A stretch of 64,000 bases of DNA, from contig CM119377.1 of NCBI GenBank assembly GCA_051294905.1, positions 8,060,001 through 8,124,000 on the forward strand. Reading direction: 5' to 3'. Origin of the DNA: Botryllus schlosseri (lineage: Eukaryota). Under the pieces are notes generated by a model. It worked only from the letters and a program-made list of their open reading frames with translations, made no database searches and was not told the origin of the DNA. Position 1 is the first letter of the stretch. Each line of letters opens with the position of its first letter. Below are positions 51,101 to 64,000 of this stretch, piece after piece. The position numbers were made by a program, and so were the translations under genes.

Positions 51101-54100
51101 CGGCTGTCGCATAGATCGAAATGCCTATCATACCAATAGCGTACGTAATGTAAAACAACACGGGTGAAGTTCTTGATTTACATGACGGCACGAGTGTTGT
51201 CGCACGAAAGAGCTTGCATATTGAGTGAGAGAATGTCTCAATAGTAAAGCTACCGTTATTTTCATTGAATAATGGAAAACTTTTCATCGTAATCTTTATC
51301 ACTGCTGATTTCTTCGGCAATGCCTTAACGGTGTATCCTCTGTATCTCATATTTCGTGCACGAATATTCACGATTTACATGTACTTATATTCCAATAAAC
51401 GTTCTTGCACGATTACGTTTCAAAAACACAATTTCGGTGTTCAACGGGGCTATGCGGTTAGGGAATTCTGAAAAGCCTCCATCTTGCAAGCTGAGATATC
51501 AGGTGATTAACCTGAGGTTATCAATGCGATTTCTTATTGATAATGACGGTGTATTGTTACGCGATAATATGCGGAACGATCCGCTCGTGGTGTCAACTAC
51601 GTTACAGGCACCGGAAAGCTGGTGCAATTTTCGTAATTGAATGTTGGCGTTTAAGATTAACACAGGGCTCCAGTCTCACGATCTTTGAACTTGTGTTAAA
51701 TTAGAAAATTGGATTGTTAACCCCCGTAACATCGGGATGCTGCGAATAACTTGTTACCGCAACCAAGTCCTAACCTAAACTCCTTTTCTGTTAGCTCATC
51801 GAAGACAACGAAGATATTGGAACCTTCATATATACAATATTCGTTATGTTGTATAAGCGAATGCTCAAATGGGTTCTGAGGGCCCAGGGCCGGGATTTTA
51901 ATTGCTCCTGAATGAGTGATGCTATATTGTATTTTTAAGAATTTCCTCAAGCGATTTGTCTGTTTTCCGTGTTTAAGCGGAATATACCGCGACTGAACAT
52001 TGAACAGATTGCCCAAATCTGATTTAGATAAGTCAAGTCCATGAATCACTCAAACGAATACAGGAGAATGAGTTATAACTCTCGCAAAATCGCGTGGCCT
52101 CATTACATATGTTGAGAATAGTCTCTCTGAAATATACGCGCCGTGTTATCGCAGCGCATCCGTCTGCGACATGCCACGGATTTTTGTCCGTTTGTTTTCC
52201 GTATTTAAAAGCGTATTTATGTTGCCGACAAGCATCTTGAAAGCCTTTCAAAATATTCAGTTATGGAAAACAATATCCCACCATGCCAACACTACTTGGC
52301 CTTAGGCGACCAGCGAAACATGTCGTCTGCCAAATTTGTCACGTTCTGAGATGTACGATTCGGAAAAGACAGTTTCCTTACTGTATCGAAAGCGCACACT
52401 GTATTGTTCAGCGGAAAACGTTCAACTATGACAAACAATATACCAAATCACCGAGTAAATTTCAGTTTTCACGCGAGTTCGGTGATAGTCGTGTGATATG
52501 CACGATGAAGTTATCGTTATCGTAGGCCCCGGTTACACTGCATATCGTAGCTAGGCGTGAGCAATATATTGCTATAGCTTATATGCTAGGGACCTTAATC
52601 TTGAGATGAGCTATAATCTAGCGAACTGACCTTTCGACATGGTATTTAAACAAACTATTCTGCTTTTCAACAAAACGCTGTAAGGCCCGAAAACATAAAT
52701 ATAATTTACGAGACCTGGCAACTATCACAGCATCTGTCTCTTACATCCGAAGAGTATTTTACTGGCCATCATAATTTGCGGAAACGTATGTTAAACCTTT
52801 CGTAAACTAACTCGCTTTCACGGTCTGTTGCTTTAGCTCGCCAGGGAGGTGTTAAGAAATTTTTCGTTCGCTTGCAAACGCGATAAGTGTCGACAGCTAT
52901 TGACAACAAATTGTCTCGGCTGCAGTTTAGCGCCTTTTATTGGGAATCGCGATTGTTTATATATGTGTGTGAGAGCCCATGCAATTGTTATGTAATCCAT
53001 AAATGCATTACATGACGGAGTGCAACCCGGGAAAATTCCGTACTTGAATAAGTCTTGCATTACTGCTTTGGAATTTATTCAAGAGGGGAACCACCCAGTC
53101 ATAATTACAAAAAGTACAGATGCAAGCACCTGACTCCTGACTACAAGCAAGAAACCAATTGTGGCGCGTATATTGGCAATGACGTTTCCTGAACTACCAA
53201 GTACTACAAATAGCGTATTGCAACGAATCAACAACCAGCTTATGTCACGATGGTGATGCGTAAATGCGCAATGCGGTTTCGTTATGCATAGAAGAAACGA
53301 CGGTTACACCGTTCTTTACTGAGCTTTATACCAGGTAGATTTTTAAGTCATGAGTTATCGTAACTACCAAAAATGTATGCCTAGATATGCGTGCCGTGAG
53401 ATCGTCATTACTCGACAATTCGAACGTATTATCACAAAATACGGCACGCGATTTATGACAAATGAAATAAATAGACAATAGTTGAAAGCTTCTCATCTGA
53501 AATATTCAACTCAACTCGCTGAAATAACCGAAATTCTTCGCAAGCCTTCCTCATGATTAGAATTTTCTTCGATAATAGCGTATTTAATACCGAATCTATC
53601 CACCAATCTCGCACTATTTTACCGCCGCAACGGCCAGTTAATAATTTCAACTGCACCTAATGTCGCCTTTTCCCTATATATTCTCCGTCTTGTCTCTGCG
53701 GTTTCCTGCACGCTGACGACCGTACTTAAGCGAACAGACTACGAACAAAAATGATAAATCGACGCCGAGAGAGAGAGCCTACACTGTTTATCTGCCGCGA
53801 TCAGCGGCTAATACCTTGAAGAACATCTCAGCTAGCGCGGTACACCGACTGGAAAATCGTACATCATTATTTCTCGGCGTAAACTGATATTTGAAGGCGT
53901 ACGGTACTCCGAAAATCGTAACCCAAACGAGACGCCTGACTGCTGCGAAATGCGCGAAAGAAACGTCCACCCCGAGGTGTTCCGCCGAGCGTATTTTTAC
54001 GCGAATACTTTTTCTCCGACCGCGTCGAAGTTTGCGTTGAAAGGGGGTGTCTGTTTCGCATTCCTAGGCGGCGCGGCTGAGACCGCCGAGGTAAACTGTC

Positions 54101-57100
54101 ATGCTCCGATTGGCGTTTGGTAAGAAACAATAACCTTTGCGCTGTTTCCCTTGTCAAACTGTTCGATTTGTTGAAATCCCGGTATTTGTCGAGTCTGATG
54201 CTATCGCCGTTAGGTCGAATGCCTTTGGATTAGGTAAATACCATTTATCAGCATGTCAATGACGAATGCGAAAAGAAAAGTTTAGAAACCCAGTGCCGAG
54301 TGCAACATCAATTTCATTACCACTGAGAACAATAAGTCGAGTCCAGTATTAATTGAATGGATTGTAGTATAGTAATGAGAGACAATCTTTCAGAGTACCG
54401 GTAATGAAATTATACGCCATTTGCCACTATTAGTTATTTGGTCAACAAGTATCATAGTTTCGGTACTATTTTCCACTGTGAAAGTCTCGAAACCTCAACT
54501 GGTCCACATCATAACTAGTGCTGGGCACAATGATTCGAGTACTCGAATCTGAATCGAGTATTAATTTTAATGATTCGATTCGAGTAGTAAAAAACGAATT
54601 TTTCGAGTGCTGAAATTATACGCTCTTTGCCACTGATAATAAATGTATCAACGAGAATTGAATTTACGATACTATTTCCCACTGTGGTAACCTTGAAATA
54701 TTGATTGTCGGTATCGTAGCATACAAAACATAGTACAAAGCTAAGAACGTTACTAAAAATAGCACATTTACGAAGTTCTGATCATCCCACAACATTGTCA
54801 CAGAGTGCAATGAAATCTGTATGGTCGAAAAATATACCAAAGTATCTTTAATGTGATGGATAGCAGGTATTGTATTCTTTGTGGTGGCATCAAAGGTACA
54901 TATTTGAACTTTAACATATTACATTCTGTTATGACGTCATAATCAGTGGTACTCGAATACTCGACTCGAAGCATAATGCGTGATTCAGAATCGATTCACT
55001 CAGGTACTCGATTTTGCCCAGCCCTAATCATAACACGTAACCTACGCGCGTTGATGATATATACAATATACATTTTCGTAAAGTCGCCGCCGACCTACCA
55101 CATTGTCGCAAAGTGCAATGAAATAGGTATGGTCGAAAATTCCGAATTATTTTAATTGTAGTCGCAAAAAGGTACATATCTGAGTTTCACTATAGATATC
55201 CATACTAGTATGAAGCCAAAATGAGGGATACCCAAATGCTAGACTCGACTCGAAGCCTAATATTTTATTCAGAAACGAATCAGTCAGTCAGAATTGATTT
55301 TGCCGTGTCCTAATCTTCATTACAACACAAACTACGGTTGACTTATTATATACTGTTTCGTCACAAGGAAGGATAGAAGAAGCTATCGATAGGTATCGTA
55401 GTTATATAATACAGCTTGGAACTTGGAAGGCATGTGACGTGATGAGTTTGTCTTTTTCGTAAAGGAACTCAACATCGCGTGCATTACCGCCCGATGCCAC
55501 TCACGCACCTGCGTCGTCGCGAAACTGGAACAGCCCTCGCGTTATTTCCTATGAGTAATTGTACTGCTGAAGCTACGTTTGCGAGTAGTCAGTGATTACC
55601 CGATCATTTGTAGTGTCGGGTTCCTCTGGCGACAAGTCGCTTGGCCGCTTGCCGAGGATTCCGTGACCATAATCAGGCATTAGGATTCCATTCCTAGAAC
55701 AACCCCGACTGTATTACAGTGTATTTCTGGTTGAGTTTTTCTCGCGCGGCACACTTTCCATTGTGGGCTGTTGTCAGTTCAGGGAGGTCTTGTACTTTAC
55801 TTGGGTCAGCCGATCGTGAAGGTTTGTAACCAAACATACCGAAATATACTGCGGCCGTAGCCCGGGTTACTGAAAGGCTGATCAAATGACAACAAGTATG
55901 TTATTGGCTAAGCCCGGCCATGTGCATTGTGCATGACAGCTATTCGTGTTTTACGCACAACCGCAATGCATTATCTGCAAATTTAGGGCATGATAGCCTA
56001 TAATCTAGGCTTACCATATTTCGGAAATGAAAAAAGAGGACACTTTTTCAGAAATTTCAGACAAGCAAAACTGGAGAAGAATTCTCAAAAACAGGTAAAT
56101 TTCACCCGCTTCATGATCGGTTGACTAAAAAAAAAAAAAAAAAAAAAAGTCATCACTTCCGCTCAGAGCTCAAAAACACGTTTTTCACTCCACATTGCTA
56201 GGTGGATGACTAAAAAAAAAAAAGGTCTTCTTTTCGCTCAGAGCTGGAATCACCACTTTTCCCTCCGAAATAACCGCCGGAGCTTCACTTCTGCGCTAAT
56301 TTGCGGCATATCACTCGCAATTTCCTCTAAATCTGACCTAAATTTTCAAAAAAGATGACAAAATCTCAAAAAAGAGGACAAAAGGGCGTCCTCCGAGGAC
56401 ACTTTCGAAAAAGTCAAAAAAGAGGACAAATCCTCTTAAAAGAGGACGTATGGTAAGCCTACTATAATCAGTCGGGATAACTTACACTTACAGACCAAAT
56501 CAACCATTCTGTATGGTAACTCACTGAATGTGTTCTGACAAACTATTTCATATAGCGGATGAATAAATATATGTACAGTATTTTACAATTGTGAAATGGT
56601 AAACAAACCAGTTTTAACGACAGAGACAAATCCGAATACTGTTATCGCCAAAACTTCGCGTGTACATGTGTTTGCGTAAAGAGAGAGAATGATAGAAAAT
56701 AACTGCTGTTCACAGAAATTATCCAACAGCAACATTACTTCAAAATTCGAATATCCCATTCGTATTTTCACACCTGTATCGCGAAATATAATTGACATGG
56801 GTTCCACGCACGAGTTGAGTTATACGTCAGTCAACGCTAGCAGGTATGTCGTCTGAATCCGATGTCGAGGTTAATGGTTCTATGCTTAACAGCATTCGCA
56901 GTTACCCGCTCGGTCTACTGGTCACATAAATAATCCTTGAATAAAGTATGAAATCCGATGCTATATAGAAAACGCTTGACAAGGCTTAACACACGACTTA
57001 TTGATTTTATCGGTCTGGAACGAATCTTCGTGCCCCATTAGATGCAGCATTGTGACAATTTACTTCCTCCGCGGTCAGACGGACTGCTTTTATTTCCTCT

Positions 57101-60100
57101 AGTTATGGCATATCTTTCTGTTAGTACATTATGTTACCACATCGCCAATATTGTAAACAACAGTGGCCTAGGTGGCATCGCCTTCAGTCGCGTAGCAAGG
57201 TCTAATTGGTATGGTCATGTCTGCTGATCACATCTATAGTCTACTCACGCTAACGATACGCGGATGCGTTACAGGTATATTATTCACTATTATGTCGAAT
57301 AAATATTCGTAAACCTCAGCTAGGCTCTCACGTAACATTGGACCGATGGAAAATATGTATGTAGAGATAAAAATGTTGAATGTTCATGTTCAATAGTTCA
57401 ACGTCACAGTTTCGTTGTAGCGTCATAGTTTTTAATGCTTTATGATTGGATTTTTCCTAAAGCCATATGGATTTCAAGGTTTATCGGTGAATCTATATAC
57501 GAATTTGGCTTGAGGTGATGCGATTGCTTTGTGAAGATTTCCATTTTAACTTACCTAAAGTTCTCGTAGGTCGTACGTTTTCAAAACATGAACATTGGGG
57601 TGAAGTTCAATCGTTCGGTACAGCATGATATCAATTGAATAGTATATTCATATTGAAATGAACCCGCAATTACCCCTGTCGAATGTCAGCCGAAAATATT
57701 CGGGTTCATTTCAACATGAATACACTATTCAACTGTATATTGAAGTTCTGTACCTCCAAAGCAGATTTGAACAACTAGAAAATCTTCAGCTTTTCTGAAC
57801 TAGATTAGAATTAGAATTAGAGCTCCCCAGTTTATTTCAAACTAGATTAGAATTAGAATTAGAGCTACAAAGTTTTTCCAAATTAGATTAGAATTAGAAT
57901 TAGAGCTACACATCTTTTTTCAAATTAGATTAGAATTAGAATTAGAGCTACTAAGCTTTTCCAGATTAGATTAGAATTAGAATTATAGCTACTTAGTTTG
58001 CAAAAACTTGGAAATTCAATGAAATTGCATATGGGAAATGAATACAGCAAAATGCAGTTCACATCAAATCACAGTGCGTGGTGCAAAAGGCGATAAGCGC
58101 CACATATTTTTGTTTAATAAACAAAATCAACAGTGCATTCCCATAACCATGAGAATGGTTACCTTCTGTACACCAAGCTTGGCTCGATTTTTACTATACT
58201 TTAATAAAATATTACTTCTTTTATGGTAACCGTGGGCATCGCCCATGCTCGTCAGAATGGCGATGTACTAACGTAAACTTTTAGAAACTAGAATGTTGTT
58301 CGCAGACTATTATTCGTCATAACTCATAATAACTACTATGACTGCACGGTGTAAGTAAGGCGATGGCGGCTTGGCACTGGATTTCCCTGCGCAAGAGGGA
58401 TATTCTTTTTAACTCACTGCAATAGTGCAATATGCCTCGGACAAAGAGGCATTTTCAGGAAAGCAATAATTAGATTAGAACTAGAATTAGAGAATACGGA
58501 CATTTCACAAATTAGATTAGAATTAGAATTAGGGCATAAGAACATTTCACAAATTAGATTAGAATTAGATTACTGGCATTTCGCTCTAATTTAGTGAAAT
58601 TAGACAACTAGAATTATCTAGTTGTCCAAGTCTGCTCCAAAGGATGGGATCAATGAGTTACCCAAAATACAGCAGCCTAGTCTAGAGTGTGAAACTAGTA
58701 ACCCTATAGTATTCAACTTCTAAAATTCATTCCAGCGTTACAAAACACAAACCATTCAGTTTTCTGGCGACTATCTGTTTTGCTCACCAGTGTGACGAAT
58801 TGGAATGAGTCACTTCGATGAACTTCCACCAAAAATCGACCTCGTTGAAGCGCTAATTAAGGCAGGCGTAGCAGCTGGCTTGGCGGTCGGAAAGTCATTG
58901 CTAACAACTATGAGTAATCATCATTAACTCACTTCGCGATATCCCGCTGATGTTATCTTGCGATGGCAGTCCGCCGGCCCACGCCTCACGAGCTCTACGC
59001 CTCACGATAAGCTTTCCGTTTGTAGGATGTTCCTTGCGTAACGCGGCAGTGCCATCTAGCGATCGTCTGAATTGTCGTCTCCTGCGCTCTCTCAAAGATG
59101 CGGGTTGGTATTCGACTGGTTCGGGTAAAGAGTTGCGAATGTGCGCCGAGTCCTTTTCCATATCGATGTCTTTGCTTTCGGCGTACCCGGCGCTTTGCAT
59201 CCGTCGGAGATTAGTTTCTCTTCGGCGCCGTCGCAGGCTTCTAGCGCCGCTTTCGTATGAGTTCTCCGGCTCCGGTTTCGCCACCGTGTATAGCTCATTA
59301 TTTCCGACCCGCGAGATGTCGGGTGTGTGTCGTGACTCTTGATACGCGTTGGAAAGATCAATGCCAGCGAACGTTCTCCTGCGTCTCGCCCGGCGCACGC
59401 TAATCGTCTCTCCATCATCATCGTTGTTGTCGGAGGTAACTGTGACTTCGTCGGCTTTGTCGCGATTTAGAGTATCACATTCGGTTTGAGTGTCATCCTT
59501 CTCTGGTTCGTCGACATCTTGTTTAATCGCCCGTCTTCGACGCGTTCTAGTGCTAGTTTTTTCTGACTGCTTTGCGATGATCTCGGACGCTTCCTCTTTT
59601 GCTGCTTGTTCGTCCTCTTCTTCTTGGTCTAAAAAGATTATAATTATTAACAGTTTCTTCGATCCCACTCGGCGCTCAATCACAGTTGCTTTGAGACTTT
59701 TAGTCGTTACGCCATGCAAAAACAAATTCCGGAAGGGCATGGTCGGATAGGTAGGCTAGTGTCACATATAAGTAATATAAAAAGAGTGCAGTGCAGTGAT
59801 ATTGTTCAAAGAGCTTCTTGGAGGTACATAACTTCTATATACAACTGAATAGTATATTCATATTAAAATAAACCCGAATATTTTCGGCTGACACCCGCCA
59901 GGGGCAATCGTCAGCAACTAGTAGAGAATCGAGAACATTGTATATCAACAATCGTATCACAAAATATGACTTCACCAGCATGAAATTTCTAATGAAAGAG
60001 CGTTCAATATACTTCTTTTAGGTGGTACGCGAACTCCTTTTGTTGGCAGAGTTTAGGCTGACGATTACCCGACGGGTGTCAACTGAAAATATTCGGGTTT

Positions 60101-63100
60101 ATTTCGATATGAATATATTATTCAATTGTATAATATTGTTCATTCTCATTATGTGGTGCATTATATCCGATGTTCAATCAAATATGATATAATGGCATTT
60201 CCAGAGGGGGCCAAACGTCCAATAACTAAGTAGGCCTACTTTTAATTCTGTAGAGAACTCAAGTAAGTTTTTCCTGTACTTCCATTACTTACTCAAGTGT
60301 TTATGTTTTTATGCTACTTCCACTTATACAAAAAGTTATCAGATGTCAGGCAAAACTAGACCTATAATACTTCGGCTACTTATTAGTTTTTACCAATGCT
60401 TACGCGGAAGGAAAGGTCTACTTCTGCTCTACTTGGATACCTCAGGCCAATTGCCGTTTTAGCCAAACTGCACCTTACCTCAAAATATAACTGCATTTTC
60501 GACAAAAAAAGAGGTGTTCCGTTTGGTGACTAGGCCACTTGAGACAAGACAAAAGGATGGTGACATTTCAAGGTGATTGGTCGAAATTATACAGTCTGAT
60601 TTAACCCCGAAAACTTATCTTCAATTTACCAAAACCTTGACACCCTATGCGTGGCGTCGCGTGAAATACACGGCAGTGATAAACAGAATGCGTCATCGCG
60701 GCTGTATTTGGTAACGAGACAATTGCGGAGTATCCATTCGGTAATTGACCACCTGGTCATTGAGCGATTCGCTACGTCGCCTCCAGCCCACCTTGGCCGC
60801 TAACAGGTGCGTAGAGGGTTCGTGCTTTGTAGTGAAAATTGCAAATGATCGAATCGGGTCGACCTCCATCGTCAACTAAACAAACTTGAAACGTTTCGGC
60901 ATACCTCTGGTCTGACTTTGTAACATTTCTGCGAGCATTCGTCGGCATAATATGCGTTCTTTGCCTTTCATCGACTGCACGATGAAGTACCATATCGGCC
61001 ACTTTAGCGGATTGTCCAAAACGCTGTTGATGAGACGGAGTATGTCGTACATGTCTTTGGTTAGTTCGTAGTTTTCCAGAGCTCGCATGATCACCCGCCG
61101 TTCGCTCGGCATGAGAAGATTGTGTAGCTGCAAATAAAATTAATCATTGATAAACTTGCTCGCACTAACAATACATAATTATCCATGTTTACTGGCCAAC
61201 GAATTTTATCCTGATTGCATGGGCAATTATAGAAAAAATGTCAACCATTACCCTGAAGCCATTGTTAGGATCAGAGGTGGTCAGGAACGAAGTACATCTA
61301 CTTTTTCCAGTCGTTATGTTTTTGACTACTTCTGTTCCTCCTAAACATAGGCAAAACTACTTACTGCATAAACTTTGGGTTTTTTCATGTAGGAAGTAGT
61401 TTACGGATATGAGTGCATTACTTTTATGAGTGATGATCTCATGACGGCTGGGCGATAGACCCCTTGCACAACGATAACTGAATATATTTTCTAAAATATA
61501 TTCTTAATATCACTGGTTGTTTTGCGAAAGCCGCGGAGTGGCTACATCCGATTAACTTTTAAAAGTAATGTTTGACACCGACTAAATCTACTTTTTCAAA
61601 TGGGCTACTTGTCTACTTTTCAGGTCTTCATTTCTACTTTTACTTGGAAGTAGTTTTGAGATGGCTTTAAAATCGCAAGTCCCAATTCTGATTTAGTTAA
61701 GATGTACGATCATATTTCATACTTTTACCTGTATAGCAACACCGACTAGTTTGATCACCTCTGGTCAGGATATGCTTTGTTATAGTTGAGAATATCAAAC
61801 TAGAAAGTTATCTTATTTTTCTCAGCAAAATATGACAACAAAATGTTAGTGGAAGCGACATCATAGTATTCAATTTCAATGACTGTGCGTTATCTTACGC
61901 CAGTTTTTGGTCGTGTCCGGATGAACAGATTGCAGAATGTGTACCAGTTCTTTTATAAACTCAATTCCCTACTAAATAACTCGAAACAAGATTTTTCTTT
62001 CTCGATACAAAGTTTAAAGTTCCTCATCGGAACAATGTTCGCGGCGTGTCTACTTTTTACAACAAGAACTAGAATACGGATTTAAATTTCACTGAAATGC
62101 TAAAACGGCAATACCCATAGCCTTATCCAACTGTAAAAAGTGCAGACAGATTACGAACTATAATGAAGAAATAGACATTCCTGCATCTGCTACTAAGACG
62201 GTACTGGAGTCTCATAAAGAATTGAACTAATCGGGAAAAGGTTATCAAAGTTTCATTTCCCATCACGCGACGCAAGTCCGGATCAAGATTTCACTATAAA
62301 AGATGTAATTATTGGCACTATGCGTTCATTTCATCTTATCTCAACGCTGGTCGATAGGACTCGTAAAATCCCACCATATATCGACGCCAAACGTGGGAGT
62401 ATTGACCGCGTCTTGTCTTGCATCACCGTAACTATACACCTCCTTGAAACAAAAGTCACCCGCGCACCGCAGGAGAAATGACTCAAACACAGATGTGCTT
62501 GGTGTTCAAACATTCACGGCCGATCGACTCCGCGTGACGTCAAGAAACGCGGCGCGATATCAAAGTATTCCTTACGTGCTGGTCGAAGTTCTCCCCGTGT
62601 ATTTTGAATTCGGGCGACACGAATTTGTGCGACCAAGTCGAGTTGAGTTTCGTGACTTTCACGTTGTCTTTGACTTCCGTGGCGTTTTTGTTGTTGTTTC
62701 GGTCTTTGGCTCTCTGGTCGTTGTCGGTCTTGGCGGACGTCGTCGGCTTTGTGGTGACGGACATGTTCTCCAGCGCGTTGTAGATTTGCGGGTCTATCGA
62801 CGGCGACGCGTGGCAAGGCATTTGTTGCTGTGTCGTGCCTTGAGTGATAAAGCTATGTAATGGATACTTGAATAATTTAAGGTTATTTAAATATATTGCT
62901 GTCGATGTGCATTCTGTTTAATATAGCGTAGGAATAAATATTAGATGTGCAATTAGGTAACGCCTTACGGACAGAGAGCACACATGAGCCGCAAAATCTT
63001 GGATTGGAGCATTTTGGAAACATCTATGATCACTCTAATCGAAATGAGTCCGTGACTCCATATTACTGTTAAAAAAAATGTTGGTGCCTCCCACAAATTT

Positions 63101-63570
63101 TTTCAACCACCTCTTCCACATTGACATCGTGGTTATAGACCTGAAGATAGAACGCGGAATATATTTCGGATTATAATCGCACCGAATGAGCACTCGACTA
63201 ATTAACGATTAACATTTCATGCTATAGTTTTCTGGCTGCAATATCAACCTTTCTTTTCAGTAGTTACAAGGCCCAGTATCTCAATAGGAATTGTAAACGG
63301 TGATGGCGAGAATTATCAATTAAAATTCGTTACCGGACTATTGATGACAGTCGCTGAATACCCGACGGAAACTCGCGCGAATGACAAAAGTTTCTGATGA
63401 TCAAACAAACTTTGTCAAAACATTCATGTCCAAAGTAAGCATATACATATTTCAGTGATATCTTGGGCCTTCTCTCAGCCCACTTATGTCTAGCTCAAAC
63501 GCACCAGACCGAGCTATATTAGAAATCCATTTCAAAATCGGCGCTTGTTCGCGGTTCGCACAAATTATCC
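42144..63570 (-). CDS. GRID2IP: Delphilin-like formin (harmonin-N-like domain, FH1, FH2), 5' end probably outside the window
   Basis: Phase-consistent exons: 63570-63484 (tentative), 62838-62576, 61127-60905, 59628-58933, 50186-48832, 48296-47630, 47513-47445, 46901-46705, 45760-45674, 45005-44850, 44785-44656, 43924-43813, 42778-42601 and 42212-42144. Harmonin-N-like FDQHLHNLLMPSERRVI..VLDNPLKW; poly-Pro FH1. FH2 motifs ILSHKKAYNTSILLAHLK, LAKVLEFVLAMGNYMN and TFLHILA..FPEL match delphilin as I remember it. Confidence 0.88.
42886..42932. repeat. 18 bp tandem repeat x2.6
   Basis: CGAAATCAGTCTGATGGC repeated, intronic. Confidence 0.85.
45986..46369. mobile_element. Fold-back hAT-type MITE (174 bp arms, 36 bp loop)
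   Basis: Arms 45986-46159 and 46196-46369 are reverse complements with ~3 mismatches. Perfect TSD GTCTACAT at 45978-45985 and 46370-46377. Confidence 0.95.
54516..55026. mobile_element. hAT MITE (TACTCGA repeats)
   Basis: TIR TAG(T/G)GCTGGGCA. Perfect TSD ATCATAAC at 54508-54515 and 55027-55034. Confidence 0.88.
56006..56461. mobile_element. hAT-like MITE (GAGGAC repeats), copy 2
   Basis: 13 bp perfect TIR TAGGCTTACCATA. Perfect TSD CTATAATC at 55998-56005 and 56462-56469. Confidence 0.9.
57632..57761. mobile_element. Extremely truncated Penelope-like terminal-repeat hairpin
   Basis: Inverted copies of CAATTGAATAGTATATTCATATTGAAATGAACCCG around a decayed hammerhead (CUGUCGA). The tail TATATTGAAGTTCTGTACCTCCAA is identical to that at ~16523-16546. 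Confidence 0.8.
57762..58634. mobile_element. hAT MITE (TTAGAA arrays) inserted in the PLE tail
   Basis: 22 bp TIR, 19/22 match (CAGA-TTG-ACAACTAGA-AAT). Perfect TSD CTCCAAAG at 57754-57761 and 58635-58642. Confidence 0.9.
59811..60132 (-). mobile_element. Truncated Penelope-like copy with inverted terminal repeat
   Basis: Homologous to 7150-7360 plus an inverted repeat at ~60055-60130. Both hammerhead cores are mutated (CUGGCGG; deletion). Confidence 0.82.
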
Positions 63571-64000
63571 CTGCAGGTTGCACGTGTACATTGCACAGTG
63601 CACAGTGCACATGCACACCCATGTACTGTACATTGTACCTATACAGTAGCAGAAAATTCAACAAACGAAAACATACATAAACGACGCACTCCAAACAAAA
63701 ATTTACTCGCAACAGACGATAGATGACTGTTCTCCCTCAGAATGTATTTGAAATAACAAATCACGCCTCCACAGTCCACACTAGTATAACGCTCAGATTG
63801 TTTCCAGGTAAAAATACAGGGCATCGCGGTGGATACGTAGCATGTTAGAAATGGTTTTTCCCAGGGCCGTGAATCACTGAGATATTATATTTCGGCATTC
63901 CGGACGCAACGCTTCGCTTGTCCCCCAAAAGAATGCCTTCCGTTCTGGTTTAGCGATATGTTTGTAAAAACCGCTTAACGGCTGAATTCGCCCGCCGTAT

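Noticed and set aside
50187-58932. Assorted 60-110 aa ORFs as further formin exons or separate genes
   Set aside because: No recognisable domain and no convincing acceptor/donor pair with phase 1/1. Alternative first exons (for example ~53700-54200 or ~55480-55890) cannot be excluded without transcripts.
60693-60875. Extra delphilin exon directly after 60905
   Set aside because: It would need an intron of only ~28 nt, and the neighbouring exons already join in phase without it.

Overview
Eukaryotic, AT-rich genomic DNA with GT-AG spliced genes. An invertebrate chordate such as an ascidian is my inference from gene content and short introns; this is not established. I hand-assembled four host genes from splice sites and reading-frame phases. 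(1) A partial + strand gene (4147-~25746) resembles clusterin in Cys spacing, C-terminus and intron phases, but carries an extra 79-codon Asp/Glu exon. (2) A 12-exon SLC3A1/rBAT-like gene on the - strand (37215-28284, 702 aa) keeps all GH13 catalytic motifs. (3) An intronless S28 serine peptidase lies at 39464-40990 (+). (4) A delphilin/GRID2IP-like formin on the - strand (>63570-42144) probably starts beyond the window. About 92% of the 18.4 kb intron of the clusterin-like gene is transposon-derived. It holds a Penelope-like retroelement with a minimal hammerhead ribozyme, containing a hAT element, containing a CACTA/EnSpm derivative, containing a SINE and a 39 x 61 bp minisatellite; a second nested cluster follows. 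About 15 TIR elements, most with 8 bp TSDs, are scattered through the window. One has an interior derived from 28S rRNA and one is a near-perfect 174 bp-arm hairpin. There is no CRISPR array and no intact rRNA or tRNA gene. All comparisons to human proteins and repeat families are from memory, not from searches.
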